64,000 nt of DNA. It comes from an uncultured Acidobacteriota bacterium. GTDB taxonomy: Bacteria > Acidobacteriota > Vicinamibacteria > Vicinamibacterales > SCN-69-37. This document shows positions 58,009-64,000 of this stretch, piece by piece; the first letter of the stretch is position 1, and the number at the start of each line of letters is the position of its first letter. Location of the stretch: assembly GCA_963724645.1 (NCBI GenBank), contig CAVRVJ010000003.1, positions 1,283,103 to 1,347,102 on the forward strand. Direction: 5' to 3'. The notes below the pieces were generated by a model, which saw nothing but the letters and a program-made list of their open reading frames with translations, made no database searches and had not been told where the DNA came from. The position numbers were made by a program, and so were the translations under genes.

Positions 58009-59268
58009 ATGACGATCAAGTCGATCGCCGCCGCCGTTGTGCTCCTGGTCGCGTCAGCGGCCGCGGCGAATCAACTCGAGGGGCGGCCGATCCTGACGCT
58101 GACGGTGACCGGCCTCCACCATATCGACGAGACCGTCGTCACCGCGCAAATCGAGACGCGTCCCGGCCGGCTCTACGCCCAGAGCATTGCGGACAAAGAT
58201 ATCCTCCGCCTGGAGCAGCTTCGCGTCTTCAGCAGCATCTCAATCACGCCCATCGAGGCCGGCGAGGGCGTGCGCGTCGAGGTGCGCGTCGTCGAGAGCC
58301 CTCGCATGCTGCCGGCCGTGTCATTCTCCCTCACCGATGAGAGTGGGGCGGCCATCGGCCCGGCCGTCGAGGTGCTCAGCATCCACGGTCATCCCCTCGA
58401 CGTCACTGCGCTCAGCCAATTCGGCGGTCAGACCCTGGTCGGGGTGAGCGAGGTGTCACCGCTGCTCACCGACCGCCCCCTCTGGCACAGCGTCAGTCTC
58501 TCGCTCCGCGACCGCACCAACCGCCTGGAGGACTTCCACGAGCGTTCGGTCGATCTCGATGCGCGGATTGGCGTGCGCGGCTCGGAGGCCTGGAAGACGG
58601 GCGCGATCGTTCAGTTGTACGGCGTCGGAAGCGACGTGAGCGGCGCCACGCTGTCCGCGGACAACCACGACATGTTCTTCGGCGTGGGTGGCGTTTTCGA
58701 CTACGACAGTCGTGACTCATTGACGACGACCACGCGCGGCTGGTGGAACACCGCCGATGCGATCTGGCACGGCGGAAGCGGCACCTTCGCCACACTGGAT
58801 CTCGACCTGCGCCGCTACCAACCGATCGCGTCACGACACATCGTTGTGGCGACGGGGCTGTTGACGTTGCAGTCCGGCGAGCCCGGCGTGGACCTGCCGA
58901 CGTACACGGACTATGCCATTGGCGGCGAGAACTCCGTTCGCGGCTGGGAATTTGCGTCCAGGCGCGGCAAGAACCAGGCCATCGCGTCGCTGGAGTATCG
59001 CTACATGGCGGTTCCGACGCGGACGCTGCGCTTCGGACGGTTTGGTTTCTATCTTGGCCTCGCGTTAGCCGCATTCGGCGACGCCGGCTCGGCGTGGAGT
59101 AAGCCGGAGGACTTCTCCAACCATGTGATTTCCGGCGGCGGCGTCGGCCTGCGCCTCTTCGTGCCGTACGTCGACGTGATCAGGCTGGATGTGTCGTTCG
59201 GGAGCGCCTTGAGTGTGGACCTTGGTCTCGGCGAAAAGGCGGTCGCGCAGCGAAACCGGGTGCGCTGA
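58009..59268 (+). CDS. Omp85-family outer-membrane protein (single POTRA + surface-antigen beta-barrel)
   Basis: Has a signal peptide and a POTRA-like unit (LTVTGLHHIDETVVTAQIETRPGRLY...VRVEVRVVESP). The barrel motif is YAIGGENSVRGWE...GGGVGLRLFVPYVDVIRLDVSFG. Confidence 0.8.
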   Translation: MTIKSIAAAVVLLVASAAAANQLEGRPILTLTVTGLHHIDETVVTAQIETRPGRLYAQSIADKDILRLEQLRVFSSISITPIEAGEGVRVEVRVVESPRMLPAVSFSLTDESGAAIGPAVEVLSIHGHPLDVTALSQFGGQTLVGVSEVSPLLTDRPLWHSVSLSLRDRTNRLEDFHERSVDLDARIGVRGSEAWKTGAIVQLYGVGSDVSGATLSADNHDMFFGVGGVFDYDSRDSLTTTTRGWWNTADAIWHGGSGTFATLDLDLRRYQPIASRHIVVATGLLTLQSGEPGVDLPTYTDYAIGGENSVRGWEFASRRGKNQAIASLEYRYMAVPTRTLRFGRFGFYLGLALAAFGDAGSAWSKPEDFSNHVISGGGVGLRLFVPYVDVIRLDVSFGSALSVDLGLGEKAVAQRNRVR

Positions 59269-59343
59269 TGCGCGCGGAGCCCTGATGCCTTGTCGCGACC
59301 AGACCCCAACGGGCGGATAATGCGGCAGCCGATTGGAGGTCCC

Positions 59344-61504
59344 ATGCGCATCCGTGCCGCCCTCGCGTTCTGGCTGTTGCTGTTCGTGCCGGTGGCGGCG
59401 CGGCCGGGCCAGCAGGACCGGCCCGCGCCCAAGTTCACGGTTGAACAGATCCTGGGCTTTCCCTCCCCCGAGAATCTCGTGGCCTCGCCGGTTGGGGCCG
59501 CGATTGCCTGGACGTTCAACGAGCGGGGCGTACGCAACATCTACGTCGCGGAGGCTCCCGGCTTCGAGGCTCGGCGCGTCACTGCGTATCGCGACGACGA
59601 CGGGCAGGAGTTGACACAGATCGCCTTCTCGCGCGACGGCAAGCACATCGTCTACGTGCGCGGCGGCGATCACGGATCGAATCGACAGGCCGAGCCGCCG
59701 AATCCGGCGGAAAGTCCCGTCCAGCCAAAGGTTCAGATCTGGTCCATCCCGGTTGCCGGTGGATCACCAAAGCTTGTCGGCGACGGCGACGAACCGGTTG
59801 TGGCGCCCGACGGCGATCGTCTCGCGTTTATCAGGAACCGGCAGATCTGGTACGCCTCGATCGACGGATCGAAACCTCCGCAGCAGGCGTTCTACGCGCG
59901 TGGTGCGAGTGAGTCGCCGGCATGGTCGCCGGATGGGCGGACCCTCGCCTTCGTCTCCAATCGCGGCGATCACAGCTTCATCGGACTGGTGGCCGGCGAC
60001 CAGCCGATCCGGTTCATCGCGCCGTCGACGTCGCGTGATTCGATGCCCGTCTGGTCGGCCGACGGGAAGAAGATCGCGTTTCTTCGCCAGCCAGGCACTG
60101 GCGGCGCGCCGCAGCCTCCGCTCGCCAGGCGTGAACCGGCGCCATGGTCCGTGATGGTCGCGAACGTCGGCGCACCCGGTACAACGTTCCGGTCGTCAGC
60201 GCCGTGACTAGCGGCCGTGCGCCCGTCGATCGGATTCTGCAGAATCCCGGCGGCATCGGGCTCCGATGGGCCGCCGACGACACGCTCGTCTTCATGTCGT
60301 ACCGCGACGGCTTTCCGCACCTGTATGCCCTTCAGCATCCGGATATGGCTGGAGCACCGAAGCTTCTGACGCCAGGCGCGTTCATGGTCGAACAGGTGAC
60401 GCTCTCGTCCGATCGGCGATCCGCGATCTACAACGCGAACACTGGAGTGGATCGCGAGCGACGTCGACCGCCGGCATCTGTTCACGGTGCCAGTCAGCGG
60501 CGGTACGCCGACGCCGCTCACGCCTGGAACCGGCATTGAGTGGAGCCCGGTGGCAACGGCCGACGGCCAGACGATCGCGTTTCTCAAGTCGGACGCGCAA
60601 CATCCGCCTGCGCCCGCTCGCATGACAGCGCCAGGCGGCGCGCCGCAGGCAATTGGCGCGACTCTGCTCGCAGCGGATTTTCCTGCCGCCAGGCTTGTCA
60701 CGCCCGAGCTGGTGTCTTTCAAGGCGAGCGACGGGGTCGAGGCTTCGGCCAGCTCTTCAAGCCGGCTGGGGTGACCGGCCGGCGGCCGGCGGTCGTGTAT
60801 ATCCACGGCGGTGGCCCGCGGCAGATGCTGCTCGGTTGGCACTACCGCTGGGAGTACGCCAACGACTACGGCGCAAATCAGTACCTCGCCAGCCTGGGCT
60901 TCGTGGTGCTCTCGGTGGACTACCGGCTGAGCGTCGGCTACGGGCAGGCTTTTCAGTTTGCCGACAACACTGGGGCGCGCGGGGCGGCCGAATATCGCGA
61001 CATCCTCGCGGCCGGCAAGTACCTGCAGTCGCGCGCCGATGTCGATCCGGCACGGATCGGCGCCTGGGGCGGCTCGTATGGCGGCTATCTCACCGCGCTG
61101 GCGTTAGGACGGAATTCCGACGTGTTCGCCGCGGGCGTGGACATGCACGGTGTGCACGACCGGCTGCCGGCGTTGAACCCTGTGCAATTTGCTCACGCGG
61201 TGGTCGGCGACGGGCTCGTCGAAGCCGACGTCCGGCAGGCGCTGAAGATCCAGTTCGAGTCCTCGCCGATTGCCGCGGTGTCGACCTGGAAATCTCCGGT
61301 CCTGCTGATCCACGGCGACGACGATCGGACCGTGGATTTTCATCAGACGGTCGATCTCGAACGACGGCTGAACGCGAGGGCGTCAAAGTCGAAAGCCTCG
61401 TGCTGCCCGACGACGTGCACGACGCGCTCCTGTGGCGGAACTGGACGACGGCGATCGGCGCGATGGCGGAGTTCTTTCAGCGGACCCTCCAGCCGGCCCG
61501 CTGA
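59344..61504 (+). pseudogene. S9-family (prolyl oligopeptidase/dipeptidyl peptidase-like) serine peptidase with an N-terminal TolB-like propeller; four frame breaks as assembled
   Basis: GGAGGT lies upstream of the ATG at 59344. The pieces run in frames 1/0/1/0/2 and join at ~60170, ~60459, ~60745 and ~61375. The joined sequence reads ...SPAWSPDGRTLAF..., DVDRRHLFTVPVSGG..., VVYIHGGGPRQ...GGSYGGYLT (GxSxG)...LLIHGDDDRTV...EGVKVESLVLPDDVHD. Confidence 0.8.
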
Positions 61505-61622
61505 GGGACGGCTGCGATTCCGTCACATGCGATCAAGCATCCACCTTCGGCCTGGACGAAGCGTCTCGAGGAACGCGCCCGCTCGAACGCTGACGAGGAG
61601 GTCTGGACGCTGAATCGCGCCC

Positions 61623-62159
61623 TCACTCCTGCTGGCTCGGGAAGAGCTCTGCTTCGCCACGATCGGCCTGCAGCGTTCCGATCGCGTCGAGCTGGCGCTG
61701 AAGCGCCATCCGGTCCAACATCTCCAGCCGCAGGCTGGTGAAGATCTTGATGCGGGCGTCCAGCTCACGAAACGCCGTGCTGAATGCACGAAATCTGATC
61801 TCTTCGGACCCTTCGACCGCCGCCGGATCTTCGATGCCCCAGTGCGCGGTCATCGGCTGACCGGGCCAGATCGGGCAGACCTCGCTGGCTGCGCGGTCGC
61901 AGACCGTGAAGACGAAGTGCAGCGTCGGCGCACCGGGCGCCGCGAACTCGTCCCAACTCTTGCTGCGGAGGCCGTCCGTTGGCAGGTGGTATTTCCTGAG
62001 CACGTCGAGCGCCATCGGATGCACCTCGCCCTTGGGATGACTCCCGGCACTGAAACCATGGAAACGCCCGCGACCCCAGTGGTTGATGAGCACTTCTCCA
62101 ATGATGCTGCGCGCGGAGTTTCCCGTGCAGAGGAACAGGACGTTGTAGGGGTGTGTCAT
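61623..62159 (-). CDS. arsC: arsenate reductase, low-molecular-weight phosphatase (thioredoxin-coupled) type
   Basis: Contains the VLFLCTGNSARS P-loop and downstream Cys residues (TVCDRAASEVCP). It is the last gene of the ars operon. Confidence 0.9.
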   Translation of the reverse strand: MTHPYNVLFLCTGNSARSIIGEVLINHWGRGRFHGFSAGSHPKGEVHPMALDVLRKYHLPTDGLRSKSWDEFAAPGAPTLHFVFTVCDRAASEVCPIWPGQPMTAHWGIEDPAAVEGSEEIRFRAFSTAFRELDARIKIFTSLRLEMLDRMALQRQLDAIGTLQADRGEAELFPSQQE

Positions 62160-62194
62160 GGAGGACCTTTAACACGCGCGTTCGTGCGCCACGA

Positions 62195-63049
62195 TCAGCT
62201 GCAGCAGCCGGGGCCGCAGCAGGCCGTTGACGCGGGTTTGGTCGCCCGCACGAACGCGCTGGCGAAGGTGCCGTCCACTTCTTTCGCGAGCGCATCGACA
62301 TCGAGTCCTTCCGCAGCGAGAAAGGTCCGTGCGTCGTCGATGCTGTACACGCGGGTCTCCTCAATACCGATGTGCTCGAAACCTGCCTCGGCGAGCTTCG
62401 CGACGTAATCGGAATCGCGCAGGGCGCCGGCGACGCATCCCACCCACAGTTCCATGTGCTTCCTGATCGCCGGCGGCACCCGACCGCGCACGACCACGTC
62501 CGACACCGCGAACCGGCCCCCGGGCTTCAAAACGCGGAAGGCTTCGCGCAGCACGCGATCCTTGTCGCCGGACAGGTTGATCACGCAGTTCGAGATGATC
62601 ACGTCCACGGAGTTGTCCGGCAGCGGAATGTGCTCGATCTCGCCCTTGAGAAAGGTGACGTTCTCGAGACCGCTCTTGCGCTTGGCTTCCTCGGCGATCG
62701 CCAGCATCTCGTCAGTCATGTCCAGGCCGAAGGCCCAGCCGTTCGGACCGACGTGGCGGGCGGACAGCAGAACGTCGATGCCGCCACCCGACCCCAAATC
62801 GAGGACGGTTTCGCCGTCCCTCAACTCCGCCAGGGCCGTCGGATTGCCGCAGCCCAGTGACGCCCTCAGGGCGAGTTCCGGGACCTCACGCTCCTGGCGC
62901 GCGTCGTACAAGTTCGACGTGATTGGGTCGCAACAGCCGTCAGACGCCGCGGCGCCTCCGCAGCACGCACTTCCCGCGCCGGTCCTGGCGCGGAGGGCCG
63001 CCTGGCCGTACTTTTCCTTGACGACGTTCTTCAGATGTCCGGTGCTCAC
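62195..63049 (-). CDS. arsM: arsenite S-adenosylmethionine methyltransferase
   Basis: Contains VLDLGSGGGIDV (SAM motif I), ISNCVINL and WVGCVAGAL conserved Cys, plus Cys-rich N- and C-termini (SACCGG, DGCCDP, TACCGPGCCS). Confidence 0.9.
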   Translation of the reverse strand: MSTGHLKNVVKEKYGQAALRARTGAGSACCGGAAASDGCCDPITSNLYDARQEREVPELALRASLGCGNPTALAELRDGETVLDLGSGGGIDVLLSARHVGPNGWAFGLDMTDEMLAIAEEAKRKSGLENVTFLKGEIEHIPLPDNSVDVIISNCVINLSGDKDRVLREAFRVLKPGGRFAVSDVVVRGRVPPAIRKHMELWVGCVAGALRDSDYVAKLAEAGFEHIGIEETRVYSIDDARTFLAAEGLDVDALAKEVDGTFASAFVRATKPASTACCGPGCCS

Positions 63050-63061
63050 AGAGTCCTCTCC

Positions 63062-63403
63062 TCACTTAGACAGGGCAGCGATCCGCCTGGGTTCGACGGC
63101 CCTATTGCGGGTACAGCATTCGGCATAAAGAAACCCGAGCAGTTCCTCGAGCGCTTTCGTGTTCGCCCGGTAGCGAATGAAGGCCTTTTCGCGCTCGGCG
63201 GTGACCAGATCGTCAATCTTGAGTTTCTCGAGATGGTGGGACAGTGTCGAGCCGGCGATGCCGGTCTCCGCCTGGATGTCGCCGACGACCATGCCGTCCG
63301 GGTGCACGGACAGGAGCAAGCGCACGATGCGCAACCGCGGCTCCGCGCCCAACGCCGCGAACATGTCGGCGAAGCGCGTGACTGCGGCCTCGGTCAGTTT
63401 CAT
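63062..63403 (-). CDS. arsR: ArsR/SmtB-family metalloregulator
   Basis: Winged HTH (VVGDIQAETGIAGSTLSHHLEKLKIDDLV). It has no CVC motif in helix 3. A Cys pair lies near the C-terminus (YAECCTRN). Confidence 0.88.
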   Translation of the reverse strand: MKLTEAAVTRFADMFAALGAEPRLRIVRLLLSVHPDGMVVGDIQAETGIAGSTLSHHLEKLKIDDLVTAEREKAFIRYRANTKALEELLGFLYAECCTRNRAVEPRRIAALSK

Positions 63404-63411
63404 ATCAACAA

Positions 63412-63427
63412 TTCTACAATAGTAGAA
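63412..63427. promoter_or_regulatory. candidate ArsR operator (TTCTAC-aata-GTAGAA) in the AT-rich ars promoter region
   Basis: A perfect 6-4-6 inverted repeat 9 nt upstream of the arsR start codon, inside the only AT-rich stretch of this intergenic region. Confidence 0.35.
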
Positions 63428-63644
63428 ATATAGATGTCAATATTGCTGCCACAGCCGGGTGTGCTGACTCCGCCCGAGGATTGGCTCCACGCCCCAGCCC
63501 GCTGAACTTTACCCGGTTCTCAACGCGCTGTTGGCGGCAATGCGCGACGCGGAAGGCGTCCGCTCGCTTGACTCCGTCCGCAGGGTACACAATCCTTGGC
63601 TGGTCAGCACGACGCATGTTTCTCCGGCACCTCCCCGCACACGC

Positions 63645-64000
63645 ATGACCGATCTGCACAGCCGGCGCCTCTTCCTTCGGGCCGCCGTTGCGGCAAGCGC
63701 CGCATGGGCGGCGGCCAGTCTCGGCGACGTGGAGGACGCGCTGGCGTGGGCGGCCCAGCGGGCCGCGGACGGCGACCGCGCGGCGACCCTGGCGCTCACG
63801 CCTGCGCAAGCCGACGTGATCGACGCCGTCGCCTCGCGGATCCTTCCGGCAGTGGACGGCCGTCCGGGCGCGCGAGAAGCCGGCGCCCTGTACTTCATCG
63901 ACAAGGCGCTGGCGACCTTCAACACCGGCCAGAAACCGCTCTACGCGCGAGGCGTCGCCGACCTCGATCGACGAGCGGCCCGCCGCTGGAAGGGCAGTGC
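63645..64000 (+). CDS. gluconate 2-dehydrogenase subunit 3-family protein (Tat signal), 3' end outside the window
   Basis: Hand translation gives MTDLHSRRLFLRAAVAASAAWAAA...LTPAQADVIDAVASRILPAVDGRPGAREAGALYFIDKALATF. That is a twin-arginine signal plus the family's N-terminal pattern. It is absent from the ORF track because it runs off the window. Confidence 0.7.
   Translation, partial: MTDLHSRRLFLRAAVAASAAWAAASLGDVEDALAWAAQRAADGDRAATLALTPAQADVIDAVASRILPAVDGRPGAREAGALYFIDKALATFNTGQKPLYARGVADLDRRAARRWKGS

Noticed and set aside
56872-59268. Single 798-aa ORF in the supplied track.
   Set aside because: It runs from inside glgX through the 5' part of the MetA-like barrel gene, an out-of-frame stretch and the Omp85-family gene. 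Those pieces happen to share one open frame, and the real gene boundaries are at 57037, ~57541 (a frame break), 57985 and 58009.

Overview
High-GC (by eye about two-thirds G+C) bacterial chromosomal window, densely coding on both strands. Gene content suggests an Acidobacteriota- or Gemmatimonadota-like soil organism, but that is inference only. From 1 to 14.8 kb lies a housekeeping block: gyrA 3' part, uvrD/pcrA, leuC-leuD-short leuA-like-leuB, glmU, rsmI, galU, and serS followed directly by tRNA-Ser(UGA). The rest is mostly envelope and periplasmic genes. These include an ECF sigma/anti-sigma operon, two Tat-signal xylose-isomerase-like TIM-barrel proteins, and a PQQ alcohol dehydrogenase with a divergent cytochrome c. 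There is also a PQQ dehydrogenase/cytochrome c/DUF1080 fusion, an M13 peptidase, tandem CNNM/TlyC paralogs, msrA, an esterase, a parvulin lipoprotein, glgX, two outer-membrane proteins, an S9 peptidase and an arsR-arsM-arsC operon. I saw no integrase, transposase, phage gene, CRISPR array or recognisable defence gene. Four things deserve a second look. (1) A sigma-54 module at 46.8-51.5 kb: a GAF-AAA+-HTH enhancer-binding protein flanked by sigma-54-type promoters. These appear to drive an unknown secreted protein and a duplicated pair of about 90-aa STAS-like mini-proteins. A low-GC, palindrome-rich leader and a large Tyr/Gly-rich secreted protein lie alongside. (2) A structural class of long hairpins whose arms are tandem 7-8-mers. 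One of them brackets a four-helix-bundle (23S rRNA IVS/Avd-like) gene in the uvrD leader. There is also a two-copy nested-hairpin REP/MITE-like element. (3) A low-GC mosaic covering the 3' end of rsmI. (4) At least 12 single-nucleotide frame breaks, including in gyrA and leuD. Most are therefore probably assembly indels, and several ORFs in the supplied track are split or chimeric. All coordinates of frame breaks and motifs were read by hand and are approximate to a few nucleotides.
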